64,000 nucleotides of DNA from Azolla caroliniana (taxonomy: Eukaryota; Plantae; Polypodiophyta): NCBI GenBank assembly GCA_043228905.1, contig JBHGNT010000113.1, positions 1-64,000 on the forward strand, in the 5' to 3' direction. Of this stretch, positions 1 to 9,152 are shown in pieces. The notes under the pieces are model-generated. The model was not told where the DNA came from and did not search any database. It was given only the letters and a program-made list of their open reading frames with translations. A program made the translations under genes and the position numbers. Positions within the stretch are counted from its first letter, which is position 1. Each line of letters opens with the position of its first letter.

Positions 1-44
1 AACAGTGCGATCTTCGCCCTCGTGCTTGTATTCGTCGCTTCTAA
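1..44 (+). CDS. 3' end of 2S albumin-like storage protein gene (copy 0, partial)
   Basis: Encodes ...QCDLRPRACIRRF* with TAA at 42-44, exactly 1649 bp before the stop of copy 1. Confidence 0.85.
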   Translation, partial: QCDLRPRACIRRF

Positions 45-143
45 ATAGTACATAAACCTTGTTCAAATTATTCTCGTGGTCTCTCTCTAATTTCTCGTAA
101 GTGTTTACGAACAAGTGCGTCTCCCCAATCGCGCATTACACCC

Positions 144-206
144 ACACGAACGTAAACACGAGCACCAACGTCCCTCCAACACGAACGTAAACACGACCAC
201 CAACGT
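144..206 (+). repeat. 28-bp imperfect direct repeat in 3' flank (present in every unit)
   Basis: ACACGAACGTAAACACGA(G/C)CACCAACGT at 144-171 and 179-206, one mismatch. Confidence 0.9.
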
Positions 207-542
207 ATAGAATTTGCCTATAGGGGACCGCAAACCACCCAAACGGAAAAAAAATATCAAAGCAGAACACCCATACCGCACACGCCACGGCAACGGCTAA
301 GGTCAACTTGTACACGCGGCGAATGTGAACTTGCTTCCACACTTGCCCGATAGGACACTCCTAGTGTGGTAGTCCGGTTAGCTTTCCTTGTCGTCGTCGT
401 TACCAACCCCTCGTCCGAACGAGCGAGTACGGACACCGGTCTATCTACGTTCATCGATGTAGCACACTCGGGAGCCACCACTCGTCCCGCAGTAGCCTCC
501 GCGTGCTTAGTGTCTCGGCACTAGCGCGTGCTAGTTTAATGT

Positions 543-550
543 GCACGTGC
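543..550. promoter_or_regulatory. G-box (CACGTG) upstream of the gene, repeated in every unit
   Basis: GCACGTGC palindrome ~360 bp upstream of the ATG. G-boxes are bZIP/bHLH sites typical of seed-storage promoters. Confidence 0.5.
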
Positions 551-709
551 CCGCACACCCCTACGCGCACGCGCGAGTGCGCACATCTACCTACGTATGT
601 ATAAATGTTATGTTGCTCGACAAGCTCTCGCGCGAGGAGGAGGAGGAGTACCCGCCACAGGTTGCGCCCAGATTGTCTGGTGACAATACGACACCTAGGA
701 CTAGCCTAG

Positions 710-776
710 ACGTGTGGGAGGGTGGACTAGTTGGTATGGGTCTTGGGCAAGAGTTGTACGCAGGGACACACACGTT
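710..776. promoter_or_regulatory. Two ABRE-like ACGTGT cores, repeated in every unit
   Basis: ACGTGT at 710-715 (+) and ACACGT at 770-775 (ACGTGT on - strand), just upstream of the RY elements. Confidence 0.45.
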
Positions 777-798
777 ATGGTAATGGGAGTGGTGAGTG

Positions 799-822
799 AC
801 ATGCATGTGCTCTGATTGCATG
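799..822. promoter_or_regulatory. RY/Sph elements (B3-domain ABI3/FUS3/LEC2-type sites), repeated in every unit
   Basis: Perfect CATGCATG at 800-807 and TGCATG (CATGCA on - strand) at 817-822, 10-30 bp upstream of the TATA box. This is the classical position in storage-protein promoters. Confidence 0.75.
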
Positions 823-830
823 GCCATGTG

Positions 831-840
831 TATATATTAA
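831..840 (+). promoter_or_regulatory. TATA box, repeated in every unit
   Basis: TATATATTAA 77 bp upstream of the ATG in GC-rich context. The start codon context GCAATGGC matches the plant consensus. Confidence 0.75.
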
Positions 841-907
841 AGGTGGAGGGAGCAATGTCAATACAATCCATTAGGAGACAAGCACCGGGATCATAAGGGC
901 AATCGCA

Positions 908-1693
908 ATGGCAAAGCTTACTTCCGTATTCCTCATGGCCGTGATCATGCTCGCCGCGTGTACCGCGGCCAATGCTAGGTCTGTAGGGCGGGACCGTGAA
1001 GAGGAGCGACGCGATCGACGTCGTGAGGGAGACATTGACGAGGAGAGGCGCGATCGACGCCGAGAGGGGGAGTGCGATGACGAGAGGCGCGAGCGACGTC
1101 GTGAGGGGTTCCTTGAGGAGGGGCGCCGCTACAGAGACAACAAGAGAGACTCCGAAGAGGAAAGGGAACGTCGTAGCCGTGGTCGCGATGAGCCACGTGA
1201 CGAGGAACTGAGGCGAGAGTGCGGTGATTTCATCGACAAGCAGATCCGAGAGCTACAAGAGCGCTCCGAAAGAGAGGAAGGTGAACAAGGACGTCGCTCC
1301 CCATGGATCGAAAACACTCGATACTCAAGACCCTCGGAACGGTGCTGCAGGAACGTCGAACGAATCCCCGCCGAAGATCGATGCGATCGCCTACGTGATG
1401 CCTTGTATGCTGACGAGGAGGAACGACGCAATGATGAAGGCCGACGCCATGGCCAACAATCAAGGGAACACCGTAGCTGGGAGGAAGAGGACGAGGAGCG
1501 CGAGAGAGATAGCAGCCGTGAGCGACGAGAGGGTGACGAACGCCGCCACCGCATGTCTCGACGACGAGAGGACGAACGTCAACAACGTCGCCAATTCAAG
1601 GCCGATGACGAGGAAAGAGCTCTAGGCGTCGCCGCCTCCCGCCTACTCCAACAGTGCGATCTTCGCCCTCGTGCTTGTATTCGTCGCTTCTAA
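908..1693 (+). CDS. 2S albumin-like (prolamin superfamily) Arg/Glu-rich storage protein precursor, copy 1 (R220)
   Basis: 261 aa, intronless. Signal peptide MAKLTSVFLMAVIMLAACTAANA. Motifs L-x3-C105, PSERC146C147, xRC159xxL, A-x2-L-x3-C250, C257 match 2S albumin helices. RY/TATA promoter upstream. Confidence 0.85.
   Translation: MAKLTSVFLMAVIMLAACTAANARSVGRDREEERRDRRREGDIDEERRDRRREGECDDERRERRREGFLEEGRRYRDNKRDSEEERERRSRGRDEPRDEELRRECGDFIDKQIRELQERSEREEGEQGRRSPWIENTRYSRPSERCCRNVERIPAEDRCDRLRDALYADEEERRNDEGRRHGQQSREHRSWEEEDEERERDSSRERREGDERRHRMSRRREDERQQRRQFKADDEERALGVAASRLLQQCDLRPRACIRRF
1001..1195 (+). repeat. Intragenic 39-bp (13-aa) tandem repeat, 3 clear and 2 degenerate units
   Basis: EERRDRRREGDID / EERRDRRREGECD / DERRERRREGFLE / EGRRYRDNKRDSE / EERERRSRGRDEP. 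Confidence 0.8.
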
Positions 1694-2556
1694 ATAGTAC
1701 ATAAACCTTGTTCAAATTATTCTCGTGGTCTCTCTCTAATTTCTCGTAAGTGTTTACGAACAAGTGCGTCTCCCCAATCGCGCATTACACCCACACGAAC
1801 GTAAACACGAGCACCAACGTCCCTCCAACACGAACGTAAACACGACCACCAACGTATAGAATTTGCCTATAGGGGACCGCAAACCACCCAAACGGAAAAA
1901 AAATATCAAAGCAGAACACCCATACCGCACACGCCACGGCAACGGCTAAGGTCAACTTGTACACGCGGCGAATGTGAACTTGCTTCCACACTTGCCCGAT
2001 AGGACACTCCTAGTGTGGTAGTCCGGTTAGCTTTCCTTGTCGTCGTCGTTACCAACCCCTCGTCCGAACGAGCGAGTACGGACACCGGTCTATCTACGTT
2101 CATCGATGTAGCACACTCGGGAGCCACCACTCGTCCCGCAGTAGCCTCCGCGTGCTTAGTGTCTCGGCACTAGCGCGTGCTAGTTTAATGTGCACGTGCC
2201 CGCACACCCCTACGCGCACGCGCGAGTGCGCACATCTACCTACGTATGTATAAATGTTATGTTGCTCGACAAGCTCTCGCGCGAGGAGGAGGAGGAGTAC
2301 CCGCCACAGGTTGCGCCCAGATTGTCTGGTGACAATACGACACCTAGGACTAGCCTAGACGTGTGGGAGGGTGGACTAGTTGGTATGGGTCTTGGGCAAG
2401 AGTTGTACGCAGGGACACACACGTTATGGTAATGGGAGTGGTGAGTGACATGCATGTGCTCTGATTGCATGGCCATGTGTATATATTAAAGGTGGAGGGA
2501 GCAATGTCAATACAATCCATTAGGAGACAAGCACCGGGATCATAAGGGCAATCGCA

Positions 2557-3342
2557 ATGGCAAAGCTTACTTCCGTATTCCTCATGGCCGTGATCATGCT
2601 CGCCGCGTGTACCGCGGCCAATGCTAGGTCTGTAGGGCGGGACCGTGAAGAGGAGCGACGCGATCGACGTCGTGAGGGAGACATTGACGAGGAGAGGCGC
2701 GATCGACGCCGAGAGGGGGAGTGCGATGACGAGAGGCGCGAGCGACGTCGTGAGGGGTTCCTTGAGGAGGGGCGCCGCTACAGAGACAACAAGAGAGACT
2801 CCGAAGAGGAAAGGGAACGTCGTAGCCGTGGTCGCGATGAGCCACGTGACGAGGAACTGAGGCGAGAGTGCGGTGATTTCATCGACAAGCAGATCCGAGA
2901 GCTACAAGAGCGCTCCGAAAGAGAGGAAGGTGAACAAGGACGTCGCTCCCCATGGATCGAAAACACTCGATACTCAAGACCCTCGGAACGGTGCTGCAGG
3001 AACGTCGAACGAATCCCCGCCGAAGATCGATGCGATCGCCTACGTGATGCCTTGTATGCTGACGAGGAGGAACGACGCAATGATGAAGGCCGACGCCATG
3101 GCCAACAATCAAGGGAACACCGTAGCTGGGAGGAAGAGGACGAGGAGCGCGAGAGAGATAGCAGCCGTGAGCGACGAGAGGGTGACGAACGCCGCCACCG
3201 CATGTCTCGACGACGAGAGGACGAACGTCAACAACGTCGCCAATTCAAGGCCGATGACGAGGAAAGAGCTCTAGGCGTCGCCGCCTCCCGCCTACTCCAA
3301 CAGTGCGATCTTCGCCCTCGTGCTTGTATTCGTCGCTTCTAA
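2557..3342 (+). CDS. 2S albumin-like storage protein, copy 2 (R220)
   Basis: Intact 261-aa ORF identical to copy 1. Confidence 0.85.
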   Translation: MAKLTSVFLMAVIMLAACTAANARSVGRDREEERRDRRREGDIDEERRDRRREGECDDERRERRREGFLEEGRRYRDNKRDSEEERERRSRGRDEPRDEELRRECGDFIDKQIRELQERSEREEGEQGRRSPWIENTRYSRPSERCCRNVERIPAEDRCDRLRDALYADEEERRNDEGRRHGQQSREHRSWEEEDEERERDSSRERREGDERRHRMSRRREDERQQRRQFKADDEERALGVAASRLLQQCDLRPRACIRRF

Positions 3343-4205
3343 ATAGTACATAAACCTTGTTCAAATTATTCTCGTGGTCTCTCTCTAATTTCTCGTAAGT
3401 GTTTACGAACAAGTGCGTCTCCCCAATCGCGCATTACACCCACACGAACGTAAACACGAGCACCAACGTCCCTCCAACACGAACGTAAACACGACCACCA
3501 ACGTATAGAATTTGCCTATAGGGGACCGCAAACCACCCAAACGGAAAAAAAATATCAAAGCAGAACACCCATACCGCACACGCCACGGCAACGGCTAAGG
3601 TCAACTTGTACACGCGGCGAATGTGAACTTGCTTCCACACTTGCCCGATAGGACACTCCTAGTGTGGTAGTCCGGTTAGCTTTCCTTGTCGTCGTCGTTA
3701 CCAACCCCTCGTCCGAACGAGCGAGTACGGACACCGGTCTATCTACGTTCATCGATGTAGCACACTCGGGAGCCACCACTCGTCCCGCAGTAGCCTCCGC
3801 GTGCTTAGTGTCTCGGCACTAGCGCGTGCTAGTTTAATGTGCACGTGCCCGCACACCCCTACGCGCACGCGCGAGTGCGCACATCTACCTACGTATGTAT
3901 AAATGTTATGTTGCTCGACAAGCTCTCGCGCGAGGAGGAGGAGGAGTACCCGCCACAGGTTGCGCCCAGATTGTCTGGTGACAATACGACACCTAGGACT
4001 AGCCTAGACGTGTGGGAGGGTGGACTAGTTGGTATGGGTCTTGGGCAAGAGTTGTACGCAGGGACACACACGTTATGGTAATGGGAGTGGTGAGTGACAT
4101 GCATGTGCTCTGATTGCATGGCCATGTGTATATATTAAAGGTGGAGGGAGCAATGTCAATACAATCCATTAGGAGACAAGCACCGGGATCATAAGGACAA
4201 TCGCA

Positions 4206-4991
4206 ATGGCAAAGCTTACTTCCGTATTCCTCATGGCCGTGATCATGCTCGCCGCGTGTACCGCGGCCAATGCTAGGTCTGTAGGGCGGGACCGTGAAGA
4301 GGAGCGACGCGATCGACGTCGTGAGGGAGACATTGACGAGGAGAGGCGCGATCGACGCCGAGAGGGGGAGTGCGATGACGAGAGGCGCGAGCGACGTCGT
4401 GAGGGGTTCCTTGAGGAGGGGCGCCGCTACAGAGACAACAAGAGAGACTCCGAAGAGGAAAGGGAACGTCGTAGCCGTGGTCGCGATGAGCCACGTGACG
4501 AGGAACTGAGGCGAGAGTGCGGTGATTTCATCGACAAGCAGATCCGAGAGCTACAAGAGCGCTCCGAAAGAGAGGAAGGTGAACAAGGACGTCGCTCCCC
4601 ATGGATCGAAAACACTCGATACTCAAGACCCTCGGAACGGTGCTGCAGGAACGTCGAACGAATCCCCGCCGAAGATCGATGCGATCGCCTACGTGATGCC
4701 TTGTATGCTGACGAGGAGGAACGACGCAATGATGAAGGCCGACGCCATGGCCAACAATCAAGGGAACACCGTAGCTGGGAGGAAGAGGACGAGGAGCGCG
4801 AGAGAGATAGCAGCCGTGAGCGACGAGAGGGTGACGAACGCCGCCACCGCATGTCTCGACGACAAGAGGACGAACGTCAACAACGTCGCCAATTCAAGGC
4901 CGATGACGAGGAAAGAGCTCTAGGCGTCGCCGCCTCCCGCCTACTCCAACAGTGCGATCTTCGCCCTCGTGCTTGTATTCGTCGCTTCTAA
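4206..4991 (+). CDS. 2S albumin-like storage protein, copy 3 (consensus, Q220)
   Basis: Intact 261-aa ORF. Confidence 0.85.
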   Translation: MAKLTSVFLMAVIMLAACTAANARSVGRDREEERRDRRREGDIDEERRDRRREGECDDERRERRREGFLEEGRRYRDNKRDSEEERERRSRGRDEPRDEELRRECGDFIDKQIRELQERSEREEGEQGRRSPWIENTRYSRPSERCCRNVERIPAEDRCDRLRDALYADEEERRNDEGRRHGQQSREHRSWEEEDEERERDSSRERREGDERRHRMSRRQEDERQQRRQFKADDEERALGVAASRLLQQCDLRPRACIRRF

Positions 4992-5854
4992 ATAGTACAT
5001 AAACCTTGTTCAAATTATTCTCGTGGTCTCTCTCTAATTTCTCGTAAGTGTTTACGAACAAGTGCGTCTCCCCAATCGCGCATTACACCCACACGAACGT
5101 AAACACGAGCACCAACGTCCCTCCAACACGAACGTAAACACGACCACCAACGTATAGAATTTGCCTATAGGGGACCGCAAACCACCCAAACGGAAAAAAA
5201 ATATCAAAGCAGAACACCCATACCGCACACGCCACGGCAACGGCTAAGGTCAACTTGTACACGCGGCGAATGTGAACTTGCTTCCACACTTGCCCGATAG
5301 GACACTCCTAGTGTGGTAGTCCGGTTAGCTTTCCTGGTCGTCGTCGTTACCAATCCCTCGTCCGAACGAGCGAGTACGGACACCGGTCTATCTACGTTCA
5401 TCGATGTAGCACACTCGGGAGCCACCACTCGTCCCGCAGTAGCCTCCGCGTGCTTAGTGTCTCGGCACTAGCGCGTGCTAGTTTAATGTGCACGTGCCCG
5501 CACACCCCTACGCGCACGCGCGAGTGCGCACATCTACCTACGTATGTATAAATGTTATGTTGCTCGACAAGCTCTCGCGCGAGGAGGAGGAGGAGTACCC
5601 GCCACAGGTTGCGCCCAGATTGTCTGGTGACAATACGACACCTAGGACTAGCCTAGACGTGTGGGAGGGTGGACTAGTTGGTATGGGTCTTGGGCAAGAG
5701 TTGTACGCAGGGACACACACGTTATGGTAATGGGAGTGGTGAGTGACATGCATGTGCTCTGATTGCATGGCCATGTGTATATATTAAAGGTGGAGGGAGC
5801 AATGTCAATACAATCCATTAGGAGACAAGCACCGGGATCATAAGGACAATCGCA

Positions 5855-6640
5855 ATGGCAAAGCTTACTTCCGTATTCCTCATGGCCGTGATCATGCTCG
5901 CCGCGTGTACCGCGGCCAATGCTAGGTCTGTAGGGCGGGACCGTGAAGAGGAGCGACGCGATCGACGTCGTGAGGGAGACATTGACGAGGAGAGGCGCGA
6001 TCGACGCCGAGAGGGGGAGTGCGATGACGAGAGGCGCGAGCGACGTCGTGAGGGGTTCCTTGAGGAGGGGCGCCGCTACAGAGACAACAAGAGAGACTCC
6101 GAAGAGGAAAGGGAACGTCGTAGCCGTGGTCGCGATGAGCCACGTGACGAGGAACTGAGGCGAGAGTGCGGTGATTTCATCGACAAGCAGATCCGAGAGC
6201 TACAAGAGCGCTCCGAAAGAGAGGAAGGTGAACAAGGACGTCGCTCCCCATGGATCGAAAACACTCGATACTCAAGACCCTCGGAACGGTGCTGCAGGAA
6301 CGTCGAACGAATCCCCGCCGAAGATCGATGCGATCGCCTACGTGATGCCTTGTATGCTGACGAGGAGGAACGACGCAATGATGAAGGCCGACGCCATGGC
6401 CAACAATCAAGGGAACACCGTAGCTGGGAGGAAGAGGACGAGGAGCGCGAGAGAGATAGCAGCCGTGAGCGACGAGAGGGTGACGAACGCCGCCACCGCA
6501 TGTCTCGACGACAAGAGGACGAACGTCAACAACGTCGCCAATTCAAGGCCGATGACGAGGAAAGAGCTCTAGGCGTCGCCGCCTCCCGCCTACTCCAACA
6601 GTGCGATCTTCGCCCTCGTGCTTGTATTCGTCGCTTCTAA
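5855..6640 (+). CDS. 2S albumin-like storage protein, copy 4
   Basis: Intact 261-aa ORF, consensus protein. Confidence 0.85.
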   Translation: MAKLTSVFLMAVIMLAACTAANARSVGRDREEERRDRRREGDIDEERRDRRREGECDDERRERRREGFLEEGRRYRDNKRDSEEERERRSRGRDEPRDEELRRECGDFIDKQIRELQERSEREEGEQGRRSPWIENTRYSRPSERCCRNVERIPAEDRCDRLRDALYADEEERRNDEGRRHGQQSREHRSWEEEDEERERDSSRERREGDERRHRMSRRQEDERQQRRQFKADDEERALGVAASRLLQQCDLRPRACIRRF

Positions 6641-7503
6641 ATAGTACATAAACCTTGTTCAAATTATTCTCGTGGTCTCTCTCTAATTTCTCGTAAGTGT
6701 TTACGAACAAGTGCGTCTCCCCAATCGCGCATTACACCCACACGAACGTAAACACGAGCACCAACGTCCCTCCAACACGAACGTAAACACGACCACCAAC
6801 GTATAGAATTTGCCTATAGGGGACCGCAAACCACCCAAACGGAAAAAAAATATCAAAGCAGAACACCCATACCGCACACGCCACGGCAACGGCTAAGGTC
6901 AACTTGTACACGCGGCGAATGTGAACTTGCTTCCACACTTGCCCGATAGGACACTCCTAGTGTGGTAGTCCGGTTAGCTTTCCTGGTCGTCGTCGTTACC
7001 AATCCCTCGTCCGAACGAGCGAGTACGGACACCGGTCTATCTACGTTCATCGATGTAGCACACTCGGGAGCCACCACTCGTCCCGCAGTAGCCTCCGCGT
7101 GCTTAGTGTCTCGGCACTAGCGCGTGCTAGTTTAATGTGCACGTGCCCGCACACCCCTACGCGCACGCGCGAGTGCGCACATCTACCTACGTATGTATAA
7201 ATGTTATGTTGCTCGACAAGCTCTCGCGCGAGGAGGAGGAGGAGTACCCGCCACAGGTTGCGCCCAGATTGTCTGGTGACAATACGACACCTAGGACTAG
7301 CCTAGACGTGTGGGAGGGTGGACTAGTTGGTATGGGTCTTGGGCAAGAGTTGTACGCAGGGACACACACGTTATGGTAATGGGAGTGGTGAGTGACATGC
7401 ATGTGCTCTGATTGCATGGCCATGTGTATATATTAAAGGTGGAGGGAGCAATGTCAATACAATCCATTAGGAGACAAGCACCGGGATCATAAGGACAATC
7501 GCA

Positions 7504-8289
7504 ATGGCAAAGCTTACTTCCGTATTCCTCATGGCCGTGATTATGCTCGCCGCGTGTACCGCGGCCAATGCTAGGTCTGTAGGGCGGGACCGTGAAGAGG
7601 AGCGACGCGATCGACGTCGTGAGGGAGACATTGACGAGGAGAGGCGCGATCGACGCCGAGAGGGGGAGTGCGATGACGAGAGGCGCGAGCGACGTCGTGA
7701 GGGGTTCCTTGAGGAGGGGCGCCGCTACAGAGACAACAAGAGAGACTCCGAAGAGGAAAGGGAACGTCGTAGCCGTGGTCGCGATGAGCCACGTGACGAG
7801 GAACTGAGGCGAGAGTGCGGTGATTTCATCGACAAGCAGATCCGAGAGCTACAAGAGCGCTCCGAAAGAGAGGAAGGTGAACAAGGACGTCGCTCCCCAT
7901 GGATCGAAAACACTCGATACTCAAGACCCTCGGAACGGTGCTGCAGGAACGTCGAACGAATCCCCGCCGAAGATCGATGCGATCGCCTACGTGATGCCTT
8001 GTATGCTGACGAGGAGGAACGACGCAATGATGAAGGCCGACGCCATGGCCAACAATCAAGGGAACACCGTAGCTGGGAGGAAGAGGACGAGGAGCGCGAG
8101 AGAGATAGCAGCCGTGAGCGACGAGAGGGTGACGAACGCCGCCACCGCATGTCTCGACGACAAGAGGACGAACGTCAACAACGTCGCCAATTCAAGGCCG
8201 ATGACGAGGAAAGAGCTCTAGGCGTCGCCGCCTCCCGCCTACTCCAACAGTGCGATCTTCGCCCTCGTGCTTGTATTCGTCGCTTCTAA
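7504..8289 (+). CDS. 2S albumin-like storage protein, copy 5
   Basis: Intact 261-aa ORF, consensus protein (synonymous ATC>ATT at I13). Confidence 0.85.
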   Translation: MAKLTSVFLMAVIMLAACTAANARSVGRDREEERRDRRREGDIDEERRDRRREGECDDERRERRREGFLEEGRRYRDNKRDSEEERERRSRGRDEPRDEELRRECGDFIDKQIRELQERSEREEGEQGRRSPWIENTRYSRPSERCCRNVERIPAEDRCDRLRDALYADEEERRNDEGRRHGQQSREHRSWEEEDEERERDSSRERREGDERRHRMSRRQEDERQQRRQFKADDEERALGVAASRLLQQCDLRPRACIRRF

Positions 8290-9152
8290 ATAGTACATAA
8301 ACCTTGTTCAAATTATTCTCGTGGTCTCTCTCTAATTTCTCGTAAGTGTTTACGAACAAGTGCGTCTCCCCAATCGCGCATTACACCCACACGAACGTAA
8401 ACACGAGCACCAACGTCCCTCCAACACGAACGTAAACACGACCACCAACGTATAGAATTTGCCTATAGGGGACCGCAAACCACCCAAACGGAAAAAAAAT
8501 ATCAAAGCAGAACACCCATACCGCACACGCCACGGCAACGGCTAAGGTCAACTTGTACACGCGGCGAATGTGAACTTGCTTCCACACTTGCCCGATAGGA
8601 CACTCCTAGTGTGGTAGTCCGGTTAGCTTTCCTTGTCGTCGTCGTTACCAACCCCTCGTCCGAACGAGCGAGTACGGACACCGGTCTATCTACGTTCATC
8701 GATGTAGCACACTCGGGAGCCACCACTCGTCCCGCAGTAGCCTCCGCGTGCTTAGTGTCTCGGCACTAGCGCGTGCTAGTTTAATGTGCACGTGCCCGCA
8801 CACCCCTACGCGCACGCGCGAGTGCGCACATCTACCTACGTATGTATAAATGTTATGTTGCTCGACAAGCTCTCGCGCGAGGAGGAGGAGGAGTACCCGC
8901 CACAGGTTGCGCCCAGATTGTCTGGTGACAATACGACACCTAGGACTAGCCTAGACGTGTGGGAGGGTGGACTAGTTGGTATGGGTCTTGGGCAAGAGTT
9001 GTACGCAGGGACACACACGTTATGGTAATGGGAGTGGTGAGTGACATGCATGTGCTCTGATTGCATGGCCATGTGTATATATTAAAGGTGGAGGGAGCAA
9101 TGTCAATACAATCCATTAGGAGACAAGCACCGGGATCATAAGGACAATCGCA

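Noticed and set aside
144-206. CRISPR-like 28-bp direct repeats
   Set aside because: Only two copies separated by 7 bp, no unique spacers, no cas genes, and a eukaryotic gene context.
355-460. tRNA/SINE-like look of TGTGGTAGTCCGGTTAGC (D-arm/A-box-like)
   Set aside because: No B-box/T-loop (GTTCRA) at a suitable distance and no cloverleaf; no 5S rRNA or snRNA similarity recognised.
105-827. Short spacer ORFs (62-80 aa, both strands) recurring in every unit
   Set aside because: They recur only because the DNA is repeated. Several use non-ATG starts, they overlap promoter motifs, they have no recognisable domain, and spacer variants alter or truncate them freely.
908-976. Bacterial lipoprotein lipobox-like LAAC in the signal peptide
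   Set aside because: TATA, RY and plant start-codon context plus the prolamin Cys pattern indicate a plant gene. Cleavage after A-N-A (residue 23) fits a normal signal peptidase site, and there is no convincing prokaryotic operon context.
1001-1200. Vicilin-type CxxxC alpha-hairpinin repeats or protamine/SR protein
   Set aside because: No CxxxC pairs or cupin domain. The signal peptide and balanced acidic residues argue against a nuclear basic protein.
975-1625. Overlapping alternative-frame and antisense ORFs (Ser/Arg-rich 141 aa, 133 aa, 71-77 aa)
   Set aside because: Shadow frames of a low-complexity GAG/CGA-rich CDS; the SR-like composition is just the reverse complement of Glu/Arg codons.
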